Of a DNA stretch of 34,467 nucleotides, positions 1-6,534 are shown piece by piece (position 1 is the stretch's first letter; every line of letters begins with the position of its first letter). This DNA is from a virus (lineage: Duplodnaviria > Caudoviricetes). The notes below the pieces were generated by a model. The model worked only from the letters and a program-made list of their open reading frames with translations. It made no database searches and had not been told where the DNA came from. The DNA is taken from the IMG/VR virus record IMGVR_UViG_3300027764_000003, positions 1 to 34,467 of that record. One strand, given 5' to 3'. A program made the translations under genes and the position numbers.

Positions 1-83
1 ACGGCAACTTGGGCCGTGTTCTTCAGTTGTATAGCCATTGCATCTCCTTACTATCGCGTTCGGCCAATCCGGTTGCGATGTGG

Positions 84-112
84 TATACAATATACTTAAT
101 TTATATTATGAT
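84..112 (+). promoter_or_regulatory. Rightward sigma70-type promoter
   Basis: TATACA (84-89), 17-bp spacer, TATGAT (107-112), upstream of AAGGAG and ATG143. Confidence 0.6.
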
Positions 113-117
113 GTAAA
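89..117 (-). promoter_or_regulatory. Leftward sigma70-type promoter for the recombination/replication operon
   Basis: Minus strand TTTACA (117-112), 17-bp spacer, TATATT (94-89), upstream of AAGGAG and the AAA ATPase start. Confidence 0.65.
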
Positions 118-142
118 CACACTTTCGAAGGAGTTTATAAAT

Positions 143-328
143 ATGAATGAAATCATGCAGTTAGATGAAATAAGGCAAAAGCTTGCGGATAGACGGCTGG
201 CTGTCGTGGCAGACGGGGCGAGACTACATTACAACACCTTGCGGGCAATCAGGGACGGGGAGAAGACAAACCCCACATTTGAGACCATGCGGCGGCTCAC
301 GGCTTACTTTCAAGGGGCGGCACAATAA
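143..328 (+). CDS. Cro/XRE-like helix-turn-helix protein
   Basis: 61 aa with HTH pattern LAVVADGARLHYNTLRAIRDGEKTNPTFETM. AAGGAG lies 9 nt before ATG143. First gene after the divergent promoters. Confidence 0.8.
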   Translation: MNEIMQLDEIRQKLADRRLAVVADGARLHYNTLRAIRDGEKTNPTFETMRRLTAYFQGAAQ

Positions 329-329
329 T

Positions 330-2342
330 ATGGCAGACCTCACGAATATCCTCGGCGGGCCTTGGTCGCCCCCCGTCGCGCAGGCAGTAATAGTGACACC
401 ACCCGAAATCCAGATGCGGGATGCGATGATAGCGGCAGGGCTTGAGGCTCCAGATCACATCGTTTTCGATGGCAAAATTCATCGCTTCCGGACAGGCACC
501 AAAGGGCGAGGCGGGCAAGATAAAAGCGGCTTTTATATAGGCTTCCTCGATGGCGTTCCGGCTGGGCATTTCGGTTGCTGGCGGCTCGGGCTGGAACACC
601 CATTCAAAGCTGACATAGGGCGCAAACTGACAGTGGCCGAGGAGATGGCAAACAGCAGGCGCATGGCAGAGGCGCGAAAGGCGCGGGATGAAGAACAGGC
701 GAGGACACGCGAAGTCGCGGCGGACACGGTGACAGAAATCTGGACGAACGCAGGCGCGGCCAGTGCCGACCATCCTTACCTTGCCCGCAAAGGCGTACAG
801 CCGCACGGGGCGAGAGTAACTGGCGACGGTCGTTTAATAGTGCCTTTATATGACGAGGACGGACAGCTTTCCTCCCTGCAATACATCAGCGCGGACGGTG
901 ATAAAAAGTATCATCAAGGCGGGGCGACCGGCGCAAGGTTCTGGAGCGTCGGCGTCATTGATGGCGCTAAAACCGTCTATCTGGCCGAAGGCTTTGCGAC
1001 TGCGGCGACGATTCATGAGGTTACCAGCTCCCCGGTTTTCGTTTCCTACAGCGCGAGCAACCTTGTCCCGGTGGCCGAGATCATAAGGCGCACCCACGAT
1101 GATCTTGTGATTGTTGCCGACAATGACGAGTCGGGCGTCGGCATGAGGTACGCAGAGCAAGCAGCGGCAAAGTATGGCGCGAGGGTAATCATGCCTCCGC
1201 TGCCGGGTGACGCGAACGATTACGCGCAAGCGGGGCATGACCTGATCGGGCTGCTGCTGCCAAAGACAGACGGCTGGCTGATACACGCTGATTCTTTCTG
1301 CGCCCAGCCATCGCCAATTGGCTGGCTGGTTAAGCACTGGCTACAGCAGGATGCCTTAATAATGGTGCACGGGCCTTCAGGCGGCGGTAAAACCTTTGTC
1401 GTGCTGGATATGTGCCTGAATATCGCGGCGGGGTTTGATCTCTGGCACGGCAACCGGGTCAAGACCGGGACGGTGGTCTACCTCGCTGGCGAGGGCCATC
1501 ACGGTCTGCGCGGGAGGATCGCGGCGTGGAAACAACACCACAGCGCGGGCGCGCTGGATATGTACCTCAGCAAAGACGGCTGCGACCTGAACACGCCTGC
1601 CGGGTATCAGCGGGTGCGTGACGCGATCCGAGGCGGCTCGATAACGCCCAGCATTATCATCGTCGACACCCTGCATCGCTTCCTACTCGGGGATGAGAAT
1701 TCCGCGCAGGATGCGAAGACTATGCTGGATGCCTGCGGCTCTTTGATGAGCGAGTTCGCTTGCTCAGTCTTACTGGTGCATCACACCGGCGTGAGCGATG
1801 AGGTCCAGCACCGGGCGAGAGGCAGTTCTGCTTGGCGCGGGGCGCTCGACATTGAGATCAGCGTCGTGCCGCCGAAAGCGGAGGACGCCCCGATCGAGAT
1901 TATTCAGAGGAAATCCAAAGATGCTGAAATGGCGCTTCCGCTCTATGTTCACCTGAAGTCAGTCCCGATAACGGGCTGGATGGATGAGGACGGCGAGCAG
2001 GTGACGAGCGCGGTGGTAGTGGCTGCTGAGGCGCCTGCGAAGGCGGAGAAGATGGACAAGCTGTCCAAGCACCGCAAGCTGTTTGAAAGCGCGTGGTGGG
2101 CGTCTGGCGCGGAGGAGCGCGAGGAGCGGCCCTATCTTTCTCGCAGCGGCTTTATCGAGTACGTCGTCAATAATCTTGGCGTCAAGGAAGCCAGTGCCAA
2201 GCTTTATGCCAAGCCGTCGCAGGCTGGCAGGCCGGTGGCAGACCTACTTATCAGCGAGGTGATCGCTGCGCATGAGCACGGCTGGATAGTTACAGACGAT
2301 GCTCAGGCGAGCGCGATGATGATGAGGAAAAGTGTCAAATAG
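330..2342 (+). CDS. DNA primase-helicase (TOPRIM plus RepA/AAA_25-type helicase)
   Basis: HPYLARKGV, TOPRIM motifs AEGFATA and VADND, Walker A GPSGGGKT, YLAGEG, Walker B IIVDT, VHHTG, ARGSSAW. ATG330 follows the HTH stop. Confidence 0.9.
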   Translation: MADLTNILGGPWSPPVAQAVIVTPPEIQMRDAMIAAGLEAPDHIVFDGKIHRFRTGTKGRGGQDKSGFYIGFLDGVPAGHFGCWRLGLEHPFKADIGRKLTVAEEMANSRRMAEARKARDEEQARTREVAADTVTEIWTNAGAASADHPYLARKGVQPHGARVTGDGRLIVPLYDEDGQLSSLQYISADGDKKYHQGGATGARFWSVGVIDGAKTVYLAEGFATAATIHEVTSSPVFVSYSASNLVPVAEIIRRTHDDLVIVADNDESGVGMRYAEQAAAKYGARVIMPPLPGDANDYAQAGHDLIGLLLPKTDGWLIHADSFCAQPSPIGWLVKHWLQQDALIMVHGPSGGGKTFVVLDMCLNIAAGFDLWHGNRVKTGTVVYLAGEGHHGLRGRIAAWKQHHSAGALDMYLSKDGCDLNTPAGYQRVRDAIRGGSITPSIIIVDTLHRFLLGDENSAQDAKTMLDACGSLMSEFACSVLLVHHTGVSDEVQHRARGSSAWRGALDIEISVVPPKAEDAPIEIIQRKSKDAEMALPLYVHLKSVPITGWMDEDGEQVTSAVVVAAEAPAKAEKMDKLSKHRKLFESAWWASGAEEREERPYLSRSGFIEYVVNNLGVKEASAKLYAKPSQAGRPVADLLISEVIAAHEHGWIVTDDAQASAMMMRKSVK

Positions 2343-2345
2343 TTG

Positions 2346-2470
2346 GGGGTACAAAAGGGTACAGAGGGGTACAAACGCCTTTTTGTACCTGTACCCCAAA
2401 AGGGGGCAAAAAGCTCGTTTTAGGGGTACAGAACGGTACACACCCCTATAGGGGTGTACCCCTGTACCCC
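2346..2470. repeat. Cluster of direct and inverted (GG)GGTACA repeats; putative replication origin
   Basis: About 9 GGTACA/TGTACC copies (2346, 2357, 2366, 2384, 2390, 2423, 2435, 2455, 2463) and the perfect palindrome ACACCCCTATAGGGGTGT (2440-2457), directly after the primase-helicase stop. Confidence 0.65.
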
Positions 2471-2508
2471 TGACGATGCTGTCGCGCAGAAGCATGATAA
2501 TCGGGGCC

Positions 2509-2542
2509 AAAAAAAACCCCTGCGGCATATGTGCGGCAGGGG
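2509..2542 (-). terminator. Rho-independent terminator (leftward)
   Basis: 11-bp GC-rich stem with one mismatch (CCCCTGCGGCA/TGCGGCAGGGG), 4-nt loop, then T8 on the minus strand. Confidence 0.7.
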
Positions 2543-2600
2543 AAGGAGCCAGAAGGCCAAGGAAAATGACGGTTAATTTTAATATAGAAATCAATCACTT
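2509..2600 (-). ncRNA. Candidate ~90-nt small RNA with anti-SD segments
   Basis: Bounded by a leftward promoter (2635-2607) and the terminator. No convincing self-contained ORF. Contains CAUUUUCCUUGGCC and CUCCUUCCCC. Confidence 0.4.
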
Positions 2601-2601
2601 A
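2589..2601 (+). promoter_or_regulatory. IHF-binding consensus site
   Basis: AATCAATCACTTA matches WATCAANNNNTTR within an AT-rich tract between the origin candidate and the early promoter. Confidence 0.5.
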
Positions 2602-2606
2602 CAATA

Positions 2607-2635
2607 ATTATGAAAAAAGGTAAAATAATTGTATA
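2607..2635 (-). promoter_or_regulatory. Leftward sigma70-type promoter
   Basis: Minus strand TATACA (2635-2630), 17-bp spacer, CATAAT (2612-2607). The -35 lies in the palindrome TTGTATACAA shared with the rightward promoter. Confidence 0.5.
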
Positions 2636-2660
2636 CAACGTAAAACAGTTTGATTATATT
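2632..2660 (+). promoter_or_regulatory. Early promoter 1 (sigma70-type)
   Basis: TATACA, 17-bp spacer containing AAAACAGTT, TATATT. Aligns with the promoter at 4156-4184. Confidence 0.7.
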
Positions 2661-2706
2661 ACTCCCATGCCAGCAATAAAGCGGGCCAGAATAAAGGGAT
2701 AAGAAA

Positions 2707-3015
2707 ATGGCAACTCTCAGCATCAACGGCTTTACAGCAAAGGTGTGCAAAGATAGGACAATTTCCTGTGCGACGATGGCTGGCGGAGGTGTTGTTGACG
2801 TGCAGGTTGTGGCTGGCGAATCCCCAAAGAAATTACTTTCCCGCCTTCAGCAAGGCGGCGCGGTGATGGTGTTTGTGCAACGCGCAAGATATGTGCGCTA
2901 TATGCTCAGGGCTTCGATGGTTGAGCGTAGCGGCACGATTTACGACACAAAGATTTACACCCTTGTCGATGGCAAGTGGGATGTTAAGTCAGACCGGAAA
3001 AATGATATTTACTAA
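2707..3015 (+). CDS. Hypothetical early protein
   Basis: 102-aa ORF with AAGGGA SD, first gene after early promoter 1. Confidence 0.7.
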   Translation: MATLSINGFTAKVCKDRTISCATMAGGGVVDVQVVAGESPKKLLSRLQQGGAVMVFVQRARYVRYMLRASMVERSGTIYDTKIYTLVDGKWDVKSDRKNDIY

Positions 3016-3020
3016 AAACC

Positions 3021-3040
3021 ACGGCCACGGACGGCCATCA
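3021..3040 (+). promoter_or_regulatory. GGCC-stem hairpin repeat 1 with CsrA/RsmA-type loop
   Basis: ACGGCCACGGACGGCCATCA, intergenic, followed by CCAAGGAG SD. Confidence 0.6.
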
Positions 3041-3057
3041 CCCCAAGGAGAACGATC

Positions 3058-3252
3058 ATGAGAGAATTTACGAAATCAGATATTCACATTTATCAGGTAG
3101 GCGAAAGCTATGAATTGGTTTTTGATGACAAAATTCTGGCAATCGGTTCTTTTGAGCACTGCGAGATTGAGCTAGAAAACGTGTGGGACGAATATTGCGA
3201 TGGGCACACAGAGGCGGCGGCATCAGCTGAATACGAGAATCGTTTTTATTAA
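3058..3252 (+). CDS. Hypothetical acidic early protein
   Basis: 64 aa, AAGGAG SD. Confidence 0.75.
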   Translation: MREFTKSDIHIYQVGESYELVFDDKILAIGSFEHCEIELENVWDEYCDGHTEAAASAEYENRFY

Positions 3253-3256
3253 ACAC

Positions 3257-3276
3257 CCGGCCAAGGATGGCCATCA
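3257..3276 (+). promoter_or_regulatory. GGCC-stem hairpin repeat 2 with CsrA/RsmA-type loop
   Basis: CCGGCCAAGGATGGCCATCA, intergenic, followed by CCAAGGAAAAT. Confidence 0.6.
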
Positions 3277-3292
3277 ACCAAGGAAAATCAAA

Positions 3293-3553
3293 ATGATCGC
3301 ACGCCAATCAATTCAGACCAAGTACCACGGCCCGACCAACACCAAAGGCTCACGCATCAGCGCCACATCGGCCAGCGGGATAAAAATATTTATCGGATAC
3401 CCGCATGAGCTGTCCGAGGGCGTCGATAGTCACGCACTCGCAGCGGCGACACTGGCCCGGAAGCTCGGATGGACAGCGGAAGCGTTCGAGGCACACTGGG
3501 TCGCTGGCGGAACGAAGGGCGGATACGTTTTCGTGCAATCGAATCGAGGATAA
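3293..3553 (+). CDS. Hypothetical phage protein (IQTKYHGPTNTKGSRISA type)
   Basis: ATG3293 after AAGGA SD. The N-terminal motif resembles a recurring small phage protein family. Confidence 0.75.
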   Translation: MIARQSIQTKYHGPTNTKGSRISATSASGIKIFIGYPHELSEGVDSHALAAATLARKLGWTAEAFEAHWVAGGTKGGYVFVQSNRG

Positions 3554-3557
3554 GAAA

Positions 3558-3761
3558 ATGGCAAACATGGCGCAGGTCAACAAAGCGATCAGGAGGCGAT
3601 TCCCAAAGCTCGACATAGAGGCCATCAGGCAAGATGGCTATGTCTGGTTCTACGGGGTTGACACGGACGGCATCGCGTCGGTGTTCTCGAACCCGCCGAC
3701 CACGCCGACAGCAGATATGGTCCGAATCTGCATTGAGGAAATTGAGAGGGTATGGGGATGA
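3558..3761 (+). CDS. Hypothetical protein
   Basis: ATG3558 after GAGGA. The stop overlaps the next start (ATGA). Confidence 0.7.
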   Translation: MANMAQVNKAIRRRFPKLDIEAIRQDGYVWFYGVDTDGIASVFSNPPTTPTADMVRICIEEIERVWG

Positions 3762-3967
3762 GGACAACGGCGCAGGGCTTCACGGCGATGAAGGGGCACG
3801 TCGCAGACGGGCAGGAGATTTTGGCAGGCGGCAAGGTCTATACACTGAAAAACACAATGCGGGGCTGGATGCTGTACGGTCCAGACGGCTTGGCGGTGTC
3901 GGGAATTCTCCCGGCAGCGAAGGATGTGGAATTTTTCGTAATCAACGGACTTGGAGCAAGAGCATGA
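3758..3967 (+). CDS. Hypothetical protein
   Basis: ATGA overlaps at both ends. Confidence 0.65.
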   Translation: MRTTAQGFTAMKGHVADGQEILAGGKVYTLKNTMRGWMLYGPDGLAVSGILPAAKDVEFFVINGLGARA

Positions 3968-4152
3968 GAATTGATAAAAGCACAGCGTCATCATGGGCAA
4001 GAACGTCAGGCGTCAAAAGTCTGGCGGACGTTTCCCGCATGACCGGCGTCAGTCGCCAGACCCTGACGAACTGGCACAAGTACAAGGCGGAGCTGTTCGG
4101 GGTGGTAATTCTGGGTTGCTTCGCTAAAAAAGATCAAGATAGTGCAAAATAG
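3964..4152 (+). CDS. Small HTH DNA-binding protein
   Basis: GVKSLADVSRMTGVSRQTLTNW is an HTH pattern. GGAG SD and ATGA overlap. Confidence 0.7.
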   Translation: MRIDKSTASSWARTSGVKSLADVSRMTGVSRQTLTNWHKYKAELFGVVILGCFAKKDQDSAK

Positions 4153-4155
4153 CTG

Positions 4156-4184
4156 TTTACAATGCAAAACAGTTGGGCTATTGT
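4156..4184 (+). promoter_or_regulatory. Early promoter 2 (sigma70-type)
   Basis: TTTACA, 17-bp spacer containing AAAACAGTT, TATTGT. Aligns with 2632-2660. Confidence 0.7.
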
Positions 4185-4226
4185 ACGCACATACCGCAAT
4201 TCAGCGGGGGCAAAAGGGAAAGCAGC

Positions 4227-4430
4227 ATGAACACAGAACAGGCGATTGTAATAGCTCGCAAGCACGTTGGAAACGGCGCTCAAATGGATTCTAGCGCAAG
4301 GCTTTGCTTGTCTGACGCCATCTCAATTATGGAAAAAGGAAACCTTGAAAGCGCTAAAAAATGGGCAGTACGCTCGCTTTCCTACTCAGTCGGAGTGTTT
4401 CACTCTGACTACCAACTTGCAGCAGCCTAA
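4227..4430 (+). CDS. Hypothetical early protein
   Basis: ATG4227 after AAGGGA, 67 aa, first gene after promoter 2. Confidence 0.75.
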   Translation: MNTEQAIVIARKHVGNGAQMDSSARLCLSDAISIMEKGNLESAKKWAVRSLSYSVGVFHSDYQLAAA

Positions 4431-4435
4431 AAACA

Positions 4436-4455
4436 ACGGCCACGGACGGCCATCA
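4436..4455 (+). promoter_or_regulatory. GGCC-stem hairpin repeat 3 with CsrA/RsmA-type loop
   Basis: Identical 20-mer to 3021-3040, followed by AAAGGAAAATG. Confidence 0.6.
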
Positions 4456-4470
4456 AAAGGAAAATGAAAA

Positions 4471-4719
4471 ATGATTATAAAATACGATTCAGCAGTAAAA
4501 ACCAACGCCGGATGGCGCAGTGTCACGATCACTGCCAAGGCTGACAAGATCAGCGACAAGCGGGTAACCATCACAGAGGTCATCGATATCGATGGCAATG
4601 GCGCAAGCGGCTATGCCAGCCGCACTGGCGCAAAGCGTCAAGAGTATTCGGTCGGCTACTTTGCAAAACAGCAGCTTGGCCTGACCAAGAATCTGTCGGC
4701 TTGCGAGGTGGCAGCATGA
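4471..4719 (+). CDS. Hypothetical protein
   Basis: 82 aa, AAGGA SD. Confidence 0.75.
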   Translation: MIIKYDSAVKTNAGWRSVTITAKADKISDKRVTITEVIDIDGNGASGYASRTGAKRQEYSVGYFAKQQLGLTKNLSACEVAA

Positions 4720-4787
4720 AAGAAGCTCTTGCAATGATTGGATGCTGCCTGCTGGCAGTGCTGATCGGGATAATGGTGGTCCTATGA
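4716..4787 (+). CDS. 23-aa hydrophobic mini-protein (not in the ORF track)
   Basis: MKEALAMIGCCLLAVLIGIMVVL. GAGGTG SD, ATGA overlaps with both neighbours. Confidence 0.65.
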   Translation: MKEALAMIGCCLLAVLIGIMVVL

Positions 4788-5050
4788 TAAAGATCACTTT
4801 TTACAGCATCGACCTTGCTGCTGAGATCAGCAGCTATGCAGATGGCGACTGGGATTTAGATTGCCTGTATGTGCTCGACAGCAAGGGGAAGGTTTACGAG
4901 GAACTACCGGCGCATATGCTGACAGCTTCGGCAGATAGAGAAATACACGATTTGATTCAGGAGGCTCTGCGAACTTATGAGCCTGAGTGTGATGGCCCAG
5001 AGGATGCGCCAGAAGCTCCTGAGTATTTTTTCCGAGGTGTGCGATGCTGA
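4784..5050 (+). CDS. Hypothetical acidic protein
   Basis: ATG4784 overlaps the mini-ORF stop. D/E-rich. Confidence 0.7.
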   Translation: MIKITFYSIDLAAEISSYADGDWDLDCLYVLDSKGKVYEELPAHMLTASADREIHDLIQEALRTYEPECDGPEDAPEAPEYFFRGVRC

Positions 5051-5226
5051 GATTCTTTGCCAGTGACATCAAGCGCATCTCCGACACGCCGCACCCGATG
5101 CAGGCGATTATCGACAGAGAGGCAGGGTATAGGCACAGCTACACGGCAACCGAGCGGCCAGACTCATATCGTCGGCTTTCAGATGTTCCATACAAAAAAA
5201 CCTTAGAGTGGGATGAAATTAAATGA
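5044..5226 (+). CDS. Hypothetical protein
   Basis: GAGGTG SD, tightly packed between neighbours. Confidence 0.6.
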   Translation: MLRFFASDIKRISDTPHPMQAIIDREAGYRHSYTATERPDSYRRLSDVPYKKTLEWDEIK

Positions 5227-5459
5227 ATATTGAGGCATGGCTGGACGCACACGAATCGCCGCAAAAAATAGGAAGTGACGTTTGCTACGTCAGGTCAGAC
5301 GATGTGCGCCGACTGTTTAGCCAGTTCGCGCAGGAAAAAAGATTAGACAGGGGCCAGATAATCGAGGTGCTGCTGGCTACAATGTCAATGAGTGAGGGCG
5401 TCACGGCAGACGCAATAATTGCGGCGCTAAACGCCACGGCGCAGGATTCGCAGTTATGA
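5223..5459 (+). CDS. Hypothetical protein
   Basis: ATGA overlaps at both ends. Confidence 0.65.
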   Translation: MNIEAWLDAHESPQKIGSDVCYVRSDDVRRLFSQFAQEKRLDRGQIIEVLLATMSMSEGVTADAIIAALNATAQDSQL

Positions 5460-5851
5460 TGGCTGCAATTCTTTGCGTAGCATCAGCAATTTATTTCGAG
5501 GCCCGGAGCGAACCGATAGAGGGCCAAGCAGCAGTAGCGTGGGTTATTTATAACCGCACCGCATCAGATGGCTACCCGAGTACTGCTTGCGACGTTGTGC
5601 ATGAGGACGAACAGCGCAGAAAAAAATGCCAGTTTTCTTTCATGTGTGACGGACTGCGCGAGGATATTTACGACCAAGACGCATACGCCAGAGCAGTCAT
5701 CATCACGATTTTAACAGCAACAAACTTTCTGAAAGACCCTACGGGCGGGGCCACGCATTATCACAGAGCCGAATCTGTCCCATTTTGGGCGCAAAGTGAA
5801 AATGTTGTGGCAAAGATCAACGACCATATATTTTATAAAGGTGTGAAATGA
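5456..5851 (+). CDS. Cell wall hydrolase, SleB/Hydrolase_2 family
   Basis: AIYFEARSE, AVAWVIYNR, CQFSF, DPTGGATHYH, INDHIFY. Confidence 0.9.
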   Translation: MMAAILCVASAIYFEARSEPIEGQAAVAWVIYNRTASDGYPSTACDVVHEDEQRRKKCQFSFMCDGLREDIYDQDAYARAVIITILTATNFLKDPTGGATHYHRAESVPFWAQSENVVAKINDHIFYKGVK

Positions 5852-5946
5852 ACGAGAACGGCGGAGCGGGGGATAATCGAGACCTGCGACAACTACGGAA
5901 GCTTTGTTTATCAAGACACCCGCTACACCTGCGAGAAGGTGCTTAA

Positions 5947-6534
5947 ATGATAACAATCACACTGCAAAAAATCAGAGACGCCAGCCCGTGCACCGACGGA
6001 TGGAAGAATGTGCTAGAGTCCAAGGGTGGCAAAAGTGCAGATATGGGCGCAGAGTTTCCGCTGTCCGATGTGCTAGAAAGTAACGGTTTAGACGACACGC
6101 TGTGGTGCATGCGCTGCATGCCAGAGCACGACAGATTATGGAGAAAGTACGCCGTATGGTGCGCTAGACAAGTGCAGCACTTGATGACAGACCAGCGAAG
6201 TATTGTCGCCCTTGATGTAGCGTGGAGGCACTCGGACGGATTGGCGACAGACGAGGAGCTGGGCGCAGCAAGGGACGCAGCAGGGTACGCAGCAATGGAC
6301 GCAGCAATGGACGCAGCAAGGGACGCAGCATGGGGCGCAGCAAGGGGCGCAGCAAGGGCCGCAGCAATGGACGCAGCAAGGGACGCAGCAATGGACGCAG
6401 CAAGGGGCGCAGCAAGGGCCGCAGCAATGGACGCAGCAAGGGACGCAGCAGGGTACGCAGCAATGGACGCAGCAAGGGACGCACAAAAAACAAAGCTGCT
6501 GCACATTCTAGCAGCCGGGGAGTGGGTGGAATGA
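5947..6534 (+). CDS. Phage protein with Ala-rich tetrapeptide repeats
   Basis: N-terminal ASPCTDGW...SNGLDDTLW domain followed by 18 xAAx repeats. Confidence 0.8.
   Translation: MITITLQKIRDASPCTDGWKNVLESKGGKSADMGAEFPLSDVLESNGLDDTLWCMRCMPEHDRLWRKYAVWCARQVQHLMTDQRSIVALDVAWRHSDGLATDEELGAARDAAGYAAMDAAMDAARDAAWGAARGAARAAAMDAARDAAMDAARGAARAAAMDAARDAAGYAAMDAARDAQKTKLLHILAAGEWVE
6262..6483 (+). repeat. Tandem 12-bp coding repeat (NNCGCAGCANNG) x18.5
   Basis: Units such as GACGCAGCAAGG, GACGCAGCAATG and GGCGCAGCAAGG can be read directly. Confidence 0.95.

Larger units (their letters stand above)
1..127. repeat. Terminal direct repeat, left copy (circular-assembly overlap)
   Basis: 1-127 is identical to 34341-34467. 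The repeat cuts through the start of the AAA ATPase gene, as expected for a circular contig. Confidence 0.95.

Noticed and set aside
183-329. Long N-terminal extensions in the ORF track (primase from 183, portal from 12030, chaperone from 19518, Mom-like from 9729)
   Set aside because: They overlap upstream genes or structured leaders. Downstream starts fit SD position or gene packing better.
3021-4455. GGCC repeats as a CRISPR array or integron attC sites
   Set aside because: Only three copies, separated by whole genes at irregular spacing, with no cas1/cas2 or integrase and no attC core sites.
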